A DNA stretch of 64,000 nt from Candidatus Moraniibacteriota bacterium (GCA_013334245.1 JAAXXZ010000003.1:2-64001); one strand, 5' to 3'; positions 35,633-45,033 are shown, numbered from the stretch's first letter. Made by a program: numbers and translations. Notes: generated from the sequence alone by a model not told the origin.

Positions 35633-36466
35633 ATGGACATCGCAAAGGCCACCAAAAAGAAAGTCGTGCCCACGATCGACCCGATGCGCGAGGAGGACGT
35701 GACTGATTTCGAAGTGTCGTATTCCGAGGAACTGCAGGAAGAGTCCGCCGTGCCTATCATCCGTTTCGATTCCGTTTCAAAAGCGTATTCCAACGGAGAT
35801 CCGGCTCTCGAGAATATCAACCTGTCGATCTTGCCCGGTGAGTTCGTGTCGCTCGTCGGCGCGAGCGGAGCCGGAAAGTCGACACTATTGAAGCTGATTT
35901 ATTCCGAAGAGGTGCCGACCACCGGAGCCGTATACTTCAATGGGCGGGACCTCGCGGCAATCAAGCGCAAACACCTTCCGTATTACCGACGCAACATCGG
36001 GACCGTTTTCCAGGATTTCAAGCTGTTGCCCCAGAAGACCGCGTTCGAAAACATTGCCTATGCCCTCGAGGTGTATGGGAAGCCTACCGAGGAAATACTC
36101 GACGAAGTGCCGCAAATACTCGAGATCGTGGAGCTTGAACACAAGGCAAACAATCTGCCCAAGCAGCTTTCCGGAGGTGAACAGCAGCGTGTAGCCATCG
36201 CACGGGCACTCATTCTGCAGCCGAAGATGATCATCGCGGACGAACCGACCGGTAATCTTGATCCGGTATCCGCCGAAGGGATCATCGACCTTCTGCTCGA
36301 AATCAACCAACTTGGGACGACGGTCATACTGGCGACGCACAACCAGGCACTGGTGAACAAGATCGGCCGTCGGGTGATAGCCCTCAACGACGGGAAGATC
36401 GTAAGCGACGTCATGGAGGGACAATATGTGTTCGCCGATCGGAAACACTCCACGAAAACCGTCTGA
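35633..36466 (+). CDS. ftsE: cell division ATP-binding protein FtsE (with about 40-aa N-terminal extension)
   Basis: Walker A GASGAGKST, signature LSGGEQQRVAIARAL, Walker B MIIADEPT, H-loop LATHN. Confidence 0.85.
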   Translation: MDIAKATKKKVVPTIDPMREEDVTDFEVSYSEELQEESAVPIIRFDSVSKAYSNGDPALENINLSILPGEFVSLVGASGAGKSTLLKLIYSEEVPTTGAVYFNGRDLAAIKRKHLPYYRRNIGTVFQDFKLLPQKTAFENIAYALEVYGKPTEEILDEVPQILEIVELEHKANNLPKQLSGGEQQRVAIARALILQPKMIIADEPTGNLDPVSAEGIIDLLLEINQLGTTVILATHNQALVNKIGRRVIALNDGKIVSDVMEGQYVFADRKHSTKTV

Positions 36467-36478
36467 ACCAAACAAGCT

Positions 36479-37396
36479 ATGAAAACGATCAAACTCTGGC
36501 GGACATTCCGTGAAGGTGTGGACAATTTCCGCAGGAACGGATGGCTGACGTTCGCGACGGTGAGCGTGTTGGCGCTTTCACTGTTCGTCATCGGCCTGAC
36601 GGCGCTCATCGGTTTCGCCGGCGGGCTCGCGGTGCGCAACCTGGAGGAAAAGATCAGTATCAGCGTCTCGTTCCGTCCGGACGTTTCCGAGGACAGGATC
36701 ATCGCGATCCGTGACGAGCTCACGAAGTACCGTGAAATCTCATCGGTCGTCTATGTTTCCAAGGAGGCCGCCCTCGAAGAGTTCATGCGCGACGGCAACC
36801 CCGTGATTTCCGACGCCGTGGAGGAAATCGGAGAGAATCCGCTGCTGTCTTCCCTCATCATCCGTGCCGGTAACCCCAAGGATTACGACCTGATCGCCAC
36901 CCAGCTTCGAAGCTCGACCTACAAGGATGACATCGAGCAGGTGAACTACGAACGGAACCGCAAACGGATCGAGGGCCTGAACGACCTGACGACCCGTGCC
37001 CGGGCGATCGGTCTCGCGCTCGGCATTGCCTTTACCCTCATCGGGGTCCTTATCACGTTCAATACCATCCGCCTGACGATCTATTCGCACCGGCAGGAGT
37101 TCGAGGTGATGCGGCTTGTGGGCGCTTCCAACCTCTATATCCGCATGCCGCTTTTCTTCGAAGGCGTCTTTTACGGATTGACCGCCGCCGCCGTCACCAT
37201 CCTGTTCCTGACGCTCACGGCATACGCGTTCTCACAGAACGCCGGTCCGCTTCTGGCCGAGATCCTGGGCGGGAAGACCTTCTTTCATGTATATCTCTCC
37301 TTCTTCTGGATTTTCGCCCCGGGAACGATCATCACAGGCATCGTGCTCGGCGTGGTTTCCAGCCTTATCGCCATCAGGCGATACTTGCGGATCTGA
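36479..37396 (+). CDS. ftsX: cell division permease FtsX
   Basis: 305 aa. N-terminal TM, large periplasmic domain and three C-terminal TM helices. Immediately downstream of ftsE. Confidence 0.8.
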   Translation: MKTIKLWRTFREGVDNFRRNGWLTFATVSVLALSLFVIGLTALIGFAGGLAVRNLEEKISISVSFRPDVSEDRIIAIRDELTKYREISSVVYVSKEAALEEFMRDGNPVISDAVEEIGENPLLSSLIIRAGNPKDYDLIATQLRSSTYKDDIEQVNYERNRKRIEGLNDLTTRARAIGLALGIAFTLIGVLITFNTIRLTIYSHRQEFEVMRLVGASNLYIRMPLFFEGVFYGLTAAAVTILFLTLTAYAFSQNAGPLLAEILGGKTFFHVYLSFFWIFAPGTIITGIVLGVVSSLIAIRRYLRI

Positions 37397-37536
37397 AGAC
37401 TCGTCGGAAAAGGAGTTGATAGGGGTCCTGAGTATACGGGGCCACTTCGTCGCATATGCGAAGCCTTTCCAAGCCTTGATTTTTTCCGGACCGGATGATA
37501 TCGTATCCGAGGACTACGGAGTCCCGATTTTAACTT

Positions 37537-37611
37537 TGGGGAGTAGCCAAGCGGTAAGGCAGCGGGTTCTGGTCCCGCCATGCGTAGGTTCGATCCCTAC
37601 CTCCCCAGCCA
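37537..37611 (+). tRNA. tRNA-Gln (anticodon CUG), CCA encoded
   Basis: TGGGGAGTAGCCAAGCGGTAAGGCAGCGGGTTCTGGTCCCGCCATGCGTAGGTTCGATCCCTACCTCCCCAGCCA. U1-A72, 3-bp D-stem and D-loop AAGCGGTAA are typical of bacterial tRNA-Gln. Anticodon loop TTCTGGT. Confidence 0.85.
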
Positions 37612-37629
37612 CGTCGTTCGCGAACGACG

Positions 37630-38007
37630 TTGCCAGCCATCAAAAATATGCCAAATTCCGCCGTTGAACGATGGTTCTTGTCTCTGAAGAATATTTGGAT
37701 CAACAAGGACATCGAGAATATCGGGACCTTGCTGTCCTCGGAATTTCGGTACTACGAGGATCCTTTCGGGCCGCCTCTCGTTACTTTGGATGAGGTGAAG
37801 AATGCATGGAAAGGGGTGTCCGACCAGGATATACTCAAACTTGAAATTCGCACGCTCATAGAGCATGAGAACGAGGGGAGTGCGACGTACGAATTTTCCT
37901 ACAAAGATGTGCAGGGCAACACGCATGACTCAAAAGGAGCCTACTTCGTTATGCTGGACGGTCGGGGCAGGGCGATCGAGTTCCGGCAATGGTGGGTTGG
38001 CAGATAG
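37630..38007 (+). CDS. NTF2-like / SnoaL-like small protein, paralogue of 42049-42420
   Basis: 125 aa. ERWFLSLKNIWINKDIENIGTLLSSEFRYYEDPFGPP...AWKGVSDQDILKLEI versus DRWFAGLKRVWIEKDIEGVRELLSTDFEYYENPFGLP...AWQGVRDQDISKLEI in the paralogue (about 45% identity). Confidence 0.55.
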   Translation: MPAIKNMPNSAVERWFLSLKNIWINKDIENIGTLLSSEFRYYEDPFGPPLVTLDEVKNAWKGVSDQDILKLEIRTLIEHENEGSATYEFSYKDVQGNTHDSKGAYFVMLDGRGRAIEFRQWWVGR

Positions 38008-38120
38008 GTTTTCATTGTCCTCTTTTTACGATCCATTCGGATAATCACCATAGCCCCTTGTGGGCGTGGTGATTTTCTCTTATCCTAGGAAGAACGGTAC
38101 TAACATGCGAATAAACAAAG

Positions 38121-39125
38121 ATGGATAATCAGACACACGGCAAGGGATCGGTGACCGCGGCGCTCTTGGGTAATACGTTCGTGACGGTGATGAAAGCGGC
38201 GGTCTTTTTCGCGACCGGTTCGGCGAGCATGTTCGCGGAGGCGACTCATAGTTTCGCGGACACGCTCAACCAGTCCCTTTTGCTGATCGGGATCAAACGT
38301 TCGAAAAAGCCGGCCGATGACGTCCACGGATACGGGTATGGTATCGAGCGGTTCTTCTGGTCGCTCGTATCGGCTTGTGGGATTCTTTTCATCGGTTCCG
38401 GTATCACCATCTATCACTCCGTCGATTCCCTGATGACGAGACATGTGACGCATGCCTCGTTCAATATGGTGAGCATCGTGATACTGATGGTGGCGTTCGT
38501 CATCGAGGGCGCGACCCTGCTTATGGCATTGAAGGAGATGCAGAAAGGCAAGGCATTGTCGAAGAGGATGTTCCGGGATGCCGACCCGGTGCTCCTCGCG
38601 GTCATCTATGAGGACGGGGCGGCGGTACTCGGCGTCTTTATCGCCATCATCGCCCAATGGATGGCATATATCACGGGCGATGTCGGCTATGACGCGGCGG
38701 GCGGGATCGTCGTCGGCCTGATACTCGGCATCCTGGCGATCGTGTTGATAATGAAGAACCATCAGTACATAATCGGAAAACCGCTCAACAGGGAGGTTAC
38801 GCAGAAGATCATAAAGAGCCTGCTGAAGGATCCATGCATCGAACAGGTACTTGAGTTCAAATCCGTCGCAATCGACATCGGAAAATACCGCATATTCACG
38901 ACGGTGGAATGGAATGGGTCGCCCTTGTACGAGGAGATATACGAGGCCGGCGACCTGCAACGGGAGTACGACGCGATACGGGACGACTTCGGGGAATTCG
39001 CGCGACTGATGTTCCGGACGACGGATCGGATCCCGCGATTGGTCGGCAACCACATCGACAAGGTGGAGAAGAAGATCGTCGAGAAGTTCCCGCAGGTCGT
39101 CTATGTCGACATCGAGATCAATTGA
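38121..39125 (+). CDS. cation diffusion facilitator (CDF) family transporter (CzcD/FieF-like)
   Basis: 334 aa. Six TM helices with HSFADTLNQ on TM2 and DAAGGIVVG on TM5, plus a C-terminal cytoplasmic domain. Confidence 0.85.
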   Translation: MDNQTHGKGSVTAALLGNTFVTVMKAAVFFATGSASMFAEATHSFADTLNQSLLLIGIKRSKKPADDVHGYGYGIERFFWSLVSACGILFIGSGITIYHSVDSLMTRHVTHASFNMVSIVILMVAFVIEGATLLMALKEMQKGKALSKRMFRDADPVLLAVIYEDGAAVLGVFIAIIAQWMAYITGDVGYDAAGGIVVGLILGILAIVLIMKNHQYIIGKPLNREVTQKIIKSLLKDPCIEQVLEFKSVAIDIGKYRIFTTVEWNGSPLYEEIYEAGDLQREYDAIRDDFGEFARLMFRTTDRIPRLVGNHIDKVEKKIVEKFPQVVYVDIEIN

Positions 39126-39142
39126 TATGAGCATGAAAAGGA

Positions 39143-39760
39143 TTGCTCCTTTTGCCTATTCCGTCCATCTGCGTGATAATGGATGACATACGGAAGAACC
39201 GAAAAAAAAGTATGCGTTTTGGAGAATGGAGGCCGACACTGAAAACTGAGGAGGAGGGCGATTCTTTAAAGTTGGAAGCATTCGGTGACGGTTCACCGGA
39301 ATTGGAGCATCCCCAAAGCGATGAGGTCGCCGCGACGCGACGGATGTTGGAGCGTGTTGACGGACTGAGTGAGGAACTTGATCAGAAGGTTTCCAAAAAA
39401 TTCGGGAAGGAATTCCTCCCGTTTCTTCTTGAAAAGGGAGATGCAACCGTCGAGTATTTGTTCGTCAAGATAGCGGATGCGGTAGATTGGGGGGATTCGA
39501 AGGGGCTCAAGGTCAGCGAGGGCGCGAAGGTCGTCATGTCTTCGGCCGACAGGCTGCTCACGAAGATGGAAGACATGGGCATTCCGATCCCGAAAAAGCC
39601 TGTCGGCATTCGCGTGGTATCTTCCGCGCTCGGCATCGCTGGTTGCGTGCCATGTTGTGGCGTGCTCTGGGGATTGTCGGCGCTGCTCCTCAAAAGGGAC
39701 CCGGCCGTTCAGGCGTACTTCGAATCGAAACGATCGAAATTACGGAAATCATATGAATAG
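39143..39760 (+). CDS. hypothetical protein (start uncertain)
   Basis: 205-aa ORF. Acidic middle, C-terminal hydrophobic/Cys-rich GCVPCCGVLWGLSALLL. Confidence 0.4.
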   Translation: MLLLPIPSICVIMDDIRKNRKKSMRFGEWRPTLKTEEEGDSLKLEAFGDGSPELEHPQSDEVAATRRMLERVDGLSEELDQKVSKKFGKEFLPFLLEKGDATVEYLFVKIADAVDWGDSKGLKVSEGAKVVMSSADRLLTKMEDMGIPIPKKPVGIRVVSSALGIAGCVPCCGVLWGLSALLLKRDPAVQAYFESKRSKLRKSYE

Positions 39761-40061
39761 TTCCGACATCTTCAACTTCGGCCTCTTGATCGGCGGATCG
39801 GATCGGATTGTAGCCCTCCTGGGAATCGAGTCGCTTCCCGAGGAGGAACAGCTGGTTCTGGCCGGTCGTTTTTCGGACATCGTGCTGAAGCGGATCCTGC
39901 TACGGGTTCCGGATGAAAACGTCGAGGACGTGAAGCGGGCGCTCCTGTCGGACGGCGGAAATCTGGAGGCGTTCATAACGGCTTTAGAGGCTTCCATCCC
40001 GGACTTCGATCGTTGTTTTGAGGAAGAACTGGAAAAGACAGTGGCGGACTTTCTCGCGTGA
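39753..40061 (+). CDS. hypothetical small protein
   Basis: ATG at 39753 overlaps the stop of the previous gene (ATGAATAG). MNSSDIFNFGLLIGGSDRIVALLG... Confidence 0.35.
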   Translation: MNSSDIFNFGLLIGGSDRIVALLGIESLPEEEQLVLAGRFSDIVLKRILLRVPDENVEDVKRALLSDGGNLEAFITALEASIPDFDRCFEEELEKTVADFLA

Positions 40062-40092
40062 AGCGGGCCCGATTAACGATGTGCATGAACGT

Positions 40093-40644
40093 ATGAAACC
40101 ATTCACCGTCATTTCGGAAACGGAGGACTATCGTTTCAGGGACCGGCTGTCGGTGCTGCGCGCGCGACTCGGCACTCCGGATGGAAAGGAAACCGAGTGG
40201 GCCTACGTGAAACAAAACGATGTCGTCGCGGTGATCGCGTTCGATGATGATAAGTGCATCCGTATCAAGCGTGAATGGCGATTGAACCGCAAGGACTTCG
40301 TATGGGAACTTCCGAGCGGGTTCGTCGAGGTATCCGATCCGACCGAGCAGGACATCCTGGACACGGCGAACCGGGAATTGCAGGAAGAGGTCGGTGTGAA
40401 AGCGGATCACCTGACACTGCTCCGCACGTTTTATCCGAGCAATCATATCTCGAGCCGTTACCATGTCGTACTCGCCACCGGCCTTACGGAGTCGAAACTG
40501 CCGTATGACGAATTCGAATTCGTGGAAGCTCAAAAGGTTCCGTTCGGCGAGGCGTCGGAGAAACTGCTCGAAGGGCAGATCCCGACGGGTCTTGTCATCG
40601 TCGCGCTTGAATGTGCGAAGGAGTATCTGAATGGCAAAGAATGA
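40093..40644 (+). CDS. Nudix hydrolase (ADP-ribose pyrophosphatase-like)
   Basis: The Nudix box is ELPSGFVEVSDPTEQDILDTANRELQEEVGV, with a C-terminal extension. ATG at 40093. Confidence 0.8.
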   Translation: MKPFTVISETEDYRFRDRLSVLRARLGTPDGKETEWAYVKQNDVVAVIAFDDDKCIRIKREWRLNRKDFVWELPSGFVEVSDPTEQDILDTANRELQEEVGVKADHLTLLRTFYPSNHISSRYHVVLATGLTESKLPYDEFEFVEAQKVPFGEASEKLLEGQIPTGLVIVALECAKEYLNGKE

Positions 40645-40671
40645 CAGATTTCGAAGGGAAAGCGACCGTTT

Positions 40672-41925
40672 TCAGCATGACGTTTTTCCAGCTGCCGAAG
40701 AACCGGCGACGAAGCCGGTGGTCCAGCAAAGCTGGAGACTGTATCCGCCGGACGGCCGGTCGATATCAAGGATATCCCCGGCGAGATAGAGATTCGGATG
40801 GAGGCGGGAACGCATATGCTTAAAATCGACTTCCTTGGGCGTTACTCCGCCACTGGTCACGATGGCCTTATCCGCGTCCAAAAGGCCTTCTACGTTCATT
40901 TGGAGGCCTTTCAGGGCCTTTGCGATGGATTGTCGCTCTTCCCGGGTTACATCATGGACCGGTTTCTCCGCCCTGATGCCGGAAAGCTCCAAAATGACCC
41001 CGATACAGGAATAGGGGACGATTCCTTCGAGCCCGTTCAAGACCGACTTGTTTTTACTGAGATCGAACCGTGTTCGCAGCTTCAGATCGAGTTCGGAAAC
41101 GTCGATGGCGGGTAAGAGATCGATGGAGAGCGTGACGGGTCCGTTTTTCAACAGTTCACCGATGGTTTTGCTCGTATTGAGCACGAGGGGGCCACTCAGT
41201 CCGAAGTGCGTGAAGAGTACTTTCCCTTTTGCGACGGACAGCTTCTTTCCATCTTGAAGGACCGTCAGTTTCGCATCCGAAAAGCTGAGGCCCGAGAGAG
41301 ACCCGACCCACGATTCGCGGATGCGGACCGGAACGAGGGATGGGCGTGGTTCGAGTATCGTGTGGCCGAGCTCCTGCAGCCATTTGAATCCGTCACCGGT
41401 CGATCCGGTCTGCGGATGTGATTTTCCACCGGTCGTCACTACATACGAGTGGGCGTGTACGATATTCCCATCCTTGAGGCGTATGCCACATATGGCGCCG
41501 TCGGTTGTTTCGAATCCGTCGACTTCCGCGTCGGTTCTGACAGTGACGTCTCCGTCCGCCATGTAGCGCCGGAGCGCCTCGAGGACCGATTCGGCCCTAT
41601 CGCTTTTCGGGAACACCCGATTTTCTTCTTCGGTCTTTGTCGGGACACCGAGATCCGCGAAAAAATCCAGCGTGTCCTGGATGCCGAACGTCGAAAGCGG
41701 GGAGTGAAGGAATTTCGACGCGCCGTGAAATTTCGAAAGGAAGACGTTCCGATCGAAGGTCGCGTTCGTCAGATTGCATCTGCCCCCACCGGTGAGGAGC
41801 AGTTTTTTTCCGAGCACCCCGTTCTTTTCGAGCAGAATCACGCGGGCGCCGCACTCTGCCGCCCGACCCGCAGCCATCATGCCTGCCGGTCCTCCGCCGA
41901 TCACCGCAACGTCGTAATTGGTCAT
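40672..41925 (-). CDS. HI0933-family FAD-dependent oxidoreductase (BaiN-like)
   Basis: 417 aa. The N-terminus is YDVAVIGGGPAGMMAAGRAAECGARVILLEKN...LLLTGGGRCNLTN, the diagnostic GGGRCN(V/L)TN of the HI0933 family. Confidence 0.85.
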   Translation of the reverse strand: MTNYDVAVIGGGPAGMMAAGRAAECGARVILLEKNGVLGKKLLLTGGGRCNLTNATFDRNVFLSKFHGASKFLHSPLSTFGIQDTLDFFADLGVPTKTEEENRVFPKSDRAESVLEALRRYMADGDVTVRTDAEVDGFETTDGAICGIRLKDGNIVHAHSYVVTTGGKSHPQTGSTGDGFKWLQELGHTILEPRPSLVPVRIRESWVGSLSGLSFSDAKLTVLQDGKKLSVAKGKVLFTHFGLSGPLVLNTSKTIGELLKNGPVTLSIDLLPAIDVSELDLKLRTRFDLSKNKSVLNGLEGIVPYSCIGVILELSGIRAEKPVHDVTREERQSIAKALKGLQMNVEGLLDADKAIVTSGGVTPKEVDFKHMRSRLHPNLYLAGDILDIDRPSGGYSLQLCWTTGFVAGSSAAGKTSC

Positions 41926-42048
41926 TTCTCGTACCTAAGAATCCATATACCATAGGATATTCGTCGAAATATGGCAATATTCACGATTGCCCGGAGGACC
42001 AAATTCTTCTACTATGGGAACAAACGGGGATTCTTGAACGGCAACGAT

Positions 42049-42420
42049 ATGGATGACAACGATATGGAAAAAAACACCGACCGATGGTTTGCCGGACTGA
42101 AACGGGTCTGGATCGAAAAGGACATCGAGGGCGTAAGGGAATTATTGTCGACGGATTTCGAGTATTACGAAAATCCGTTCGGCCTCCCGTTGACGACATG
42201 GGAATCGGTGCGGAATGCTTGGCAGGGTGTCCGTGATCAGGACATATCGAAACTGGAAATACTCCCGCTCATTTCCGGTGATACGGAAGGCATGGCGATG
42301 TATGAGCTCGCATTCCGGGACAGACAGGGGAATGATCGTGAGGTGAGGGGCGCGTATTATGTGAAGCTTGACTCCGAAGGGTGTGCGATCCGATTCAGAC
42401 GATGGCGGGTCGCCGCGTGA
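42049..42420 (+). CDS. NTF2-like / SnoaL-like small protein, paralogue of 37630-38007
   Basis: See 37630-38007. ATG 42049 chosen because the upstream part of the track ORF lies in the divergent promoter region. Confidence 0.5.
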   Translation: MDDNDMEKNTDRWFAGLKRVWIEKDIEGVRELLSTDFEYYENPFGLPLTTWESVRNAWQGVRDQDISKLEILPLISGDTEGMAMYELAFRDRQGNDREVRGAYYVKLDSEGCAIRFRRWRVAA

Positions 42421-42441
42421 CACGCTTCGTATGTTCGTAAT

Positions 42442-43029
42442 GTGACCGTTGTGACCTACGAGGATACCATTTTTTCGGAAGAGGAATCCGACGGACGGCA
42501 GTTTACGGATTGTCGGTTCGTGCGATGTTCTTTTCCGGGAGCCAAATTCCGATTCACGGTCTTTCGGCATTGTGTTTTCGAGTCATGCGATTTTTCGACG
42601 GTCGTATTCGAGGGTACGAATTTTACCGGTTGCTCCTTTCCGGAAAGCAAGCTTTCCGACCTGAACCTCTACCAGGTGACGTTTAGGGAGTGCAATTTTT
42701 CCGGTGCGGTCATGCGTAATTGCGTCTTCCAGCGGCTTGAGGGCCCGCGGAGCCCGTCATCGAAGAAATTCGATCTGCGTACCGGTTCGTTTCGTGAGAC
42801 GGACCTGACCGGGAGCGTGTTTATGAATTGCGATCTGACAGGAACGGATTTCAGCTCGGCACTATTGGAACGCGTGGCATTCGACCGGTGCGCGGTGAAA
42901 CGCACGGATTTTACGGGGGCGACGATGGGCGGTGTACGGTTTTCGGATTGTCGGATCGAGAAAGCGAAACTGGATATGCCAGGATTTATCTCGGTCGGGC
43001 AATCGATCGGGTTCGAATTGGGAGGATGA
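42442..43029 (+). CDS. pentapeptide-repeat protein (Qnr/MfpA-like beta-helix)
   Basis: 195 aa of contiguous A(D/N)LxF-type pentapeptides (CRFVRCSFPGAKFRFTVFRHCVFESCDFSTVVFEGTNFTGCSF...). GTG start. Confidence 0.8.
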   Translation: MTVVTYEDTIFSEEESDGRQFTDCRFVRCSFPGAKFRFTVFRHCVFESCDFSTVVFEGTNFTGCSFPESKLSDLNLYQVTFRECNFSGAVMRNCVFQRLEGPRSPSSKKFDLRTGSFRETDLTGSVFMNCDLTGTDFSSALLERVAFDRCAVKRTDFTGATMGGVRFSDCRIEKAKLDMPGFISVGQSIGFELGG

Positions 43030-43110
43030 AGCTGGCATATCATCGGTTTCCTTCTTCGGGAAAACGATCGAGTCCGAAAGTGGAAATATGTAGACATCAG
43101 AAAATTCCCC

Positions 43111-43217
43111 GTCATGTCCGTCGCCGGACATGACACCCCCTTTTTCAAAGGGGGAAACCTGATAGGCCGCTTTCCTACTCTGGGAAAGGGAGTACCGAGT
43201 CAAAGAGGGGAGGGATT
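43111..43217 (+). repeat. repeat family 1, copy D
   Basis: gtccgtcgccggac hairpin, ccccctttttcaaaggggg hairpin, then ctttcctactctgggaaagggagtaccgagtcaaagaggggagggatttg. Confidence 0.6.
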
Positions 43218-43242
43218 TGAAATGATCATGTAACCGTCAATC

Positions 43243-43803
43243 ATGAAATATATGCGTGAAACGATAGTAACCCTTTTCGAAGCCATAGCTCCGTTCGATG
43301 AACTCGAACGGGAGCATCGAAATGACACGCTCGAGTGGATACGGAGCGGCGCGGAGATATTCCGCATCGCCAAGCCGGATACCCCGCCGAAACATCTGAT
43401 TTCGTATTTTGTCGTAGTGGATCCGCGAAACGAGTCGATTTTGCTGGTGGACCATATCAACGCCGAAAAGTGGCTTCCGACCGGCGGGCATGTCGAGCTC
43501 GGCGAGAACCCGAAAAGAACCGTGGAGCGCGAATCGATCGAAGAGCTCGGAATGAAAGCCGAATTCCTGTTCGATCATCCGATATTCGTTTCACAGATGG
43601 TGACGGTCGGAAAGGCTGCCGGTCACAGGGATGTCTGTCTGTGGTACGTTATCAGGGGAGACGTCGACGATACGATCACCTATGAGAAACGGGAATTCAA
43701 CGGGGTCAGGTGGTTTACGTTCGATGAGGTGCTGGAGACCGACGTCGCCGAGCTCGACGAACATCTCCATCGGTTCGTGTCGAAACTGAAAACGTTATTA
43801 TGA
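43243..43803 (+). CDS. Nudix hydrolase
   Basis: 186 aa. The Nudix box is GGHVELGENPKRTVERESIEELGM. Confidence 0.8.
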   Translation: MKYMRETIVTLFEAIAPFDELEREHRNDTLEWIRSGAEIFRIAKPDTPPKHLISYFVVVDPRNESILLVDHINAEKWLPTGGHVELGENPKRTVERESIEELGMKAEFLFDHPIFVSQMVTVGKAAGHRDVCLWYVIRGDVDDTITYEKREFNGVRWFTFDEVLETDVAELDEHLHRFVSKLKTLL

Positions 43804-43970
43804 GCAAAAAGTTCATCTACCTGTTTCTCTTCATCGGGTCGACTATCGGCGGGTATGTCCCGCTTCTCTGGGGCGGGAGCGTCTTCTCCATGTCTTCGAT
43901 CATTCTGAGCGGTGTGGGTGGACTGATCGGTATCTATGTGGGATATCGGCTAGGGGAGAGTCTCGGCTGA
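43800..43970 (+). CDS. small membrane protein (56 aa), translationally coupled (ATGA overlap)
   Basis: MSKKFIYLFLFIGSTIGGYVPLLWGGSVFSMSSIILSGVGGLIGIYVGYRLGESLG, two hydrophobic helices. Below the 60-aa cut-off of the ORF track. Confidence 0.4.
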   Translation: MSKKFIYLFLFIGSTIGGYVPLLWGGSVFSMSSIILSGVGGLIGIYVGYRLGESLG

Positions 43971-44034
43971 TTCCTTCGCGGTATGTTGCAGGGAAAGAAG
44001 CATCGTAAGCACCATAAGCACTAAGTGAAACCGT

Positions 44035-44940
44035 ATGCGTCATGTCATCGAGTCCCAACAGTTCGATAGGAAGTCGATCGATGGGTTGTTTGCGGTCGCC
44101 GATGCGTTGGAAAAAAAGAAAGACGCTTCCATGAAGGGAAAGATCATGGCGTCGCTTTTTTATGAACCGAGTACGCGTACCCGGTTCTCGTTCGAATCGG
44201 CCATGCTCAGGCTCGGCGGGAATGTCATCACGACGGAAAACGCAAAGGAATTCTCCTCGGTATCCAAGGGTGAAACGCTCGAGGATTCGATCCGGGTCGT
44301 GAACGGCTACGTCGACGTCATCGTGCTGCGTCACGACGAGGAGGGTTCGTCGAAGCGTGCCTCACTCGTTTCGGACGTCCCGGTCATCAATGCCGGCGAC
44401 GGGTCCGGACAGCATCCGACACAGGCACTTCTTGACCTGTATACGATCCGGAGGGAGCTCGGGAAGATCGACGGGCTGCGAATCGCGTTCGTCGGCGATC
44501 TGAAACATGGCCGGACGATCCGTTCGTTGTCGTATCTCCTGGGAAAGTATCGGAACATCACGATATGGTTCGTGTCCCCGAAAGGGTTGCGGGTCGGGGA
44601 GGACATCAAGGAATACCTCGGGAGGCACGGCGTCTCGTATTCGGAAACGGAAGACCTGGACGCAGTCGTTCCGGAAGTCGACGTGGTGTATCAGACGCGG
44701 ATCCAGAAGGAGCGCTTCAAGAACGCGAAGGAGTATTCGAGATTCAAAGGATGCTACAAAATCGATATGGCCGTCGTGAAGCGGATGAAGCGGAAGTCCA
44801 TCATCATGCACCCGTTGCCCCGCGTGGACGAGATCGCGACCGAAGTGGATGCGTCACCGAAGGCGGTCTATTTCAAGCAGGCGCGCTATGGGCTTCTTGT
44901 CCGTATGGCGCTGTTGAAGCTCGTCGTGGGGAAGAAATAG
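44035..44940 (+). CDS. pyrB: aspartate carbamoyltransferase catalytic subunit
   Basis: 301 aa with STRTR (carbamoyl-phosphate binding), HPTQ and HPLPRVDEI (ATCase-type; OTCase has HCLP). Confidence 0.8.
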   Translation: MRHVIESQQFDRKSIDGLFAVADALEKKKDASMKGKIMASLFYEPSTRTRFSFESAMLRLGGNVITTENAKEFSSVSKGETLEDSIRVVNGYVDVIVLRHDEEGSSKRASLVSDVPVINAGDGSGQHPTQALLDLYTIRRELGKIDGLRIAFVGDLKHGRTIRSLSYLLGKYRNITIWFVSPKGLRVGEDIKEYLGRHGVSYSETEDLDAVVPEVDVVYQTRIQKERFKNAKEYSRFKGCYKIDMAVVKRMKRKSIIMHPLPRVDEIATEVDASPKAVYFKQARYGLLVRMALLKLVVGKK

Positions 44941-45033
44941 CGTTCATTCAGTCATTTTTGTCTTCCGCAGACAATTTATCCCGATATATAACCATATTTA
45001 AAGCATATTTCCGGAATGTGCGGCTATTGATGG

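Noticed and set aside
37287-37667. 126-aa plus-strand ORF
   Set aside because: Runs straight through tRNA-Gln (37537-37611), so cannot be a real CDS.
38100-39134. 344-aa minus-strand ORF
   Set aside because: Antisense to the CDF transporter gene.
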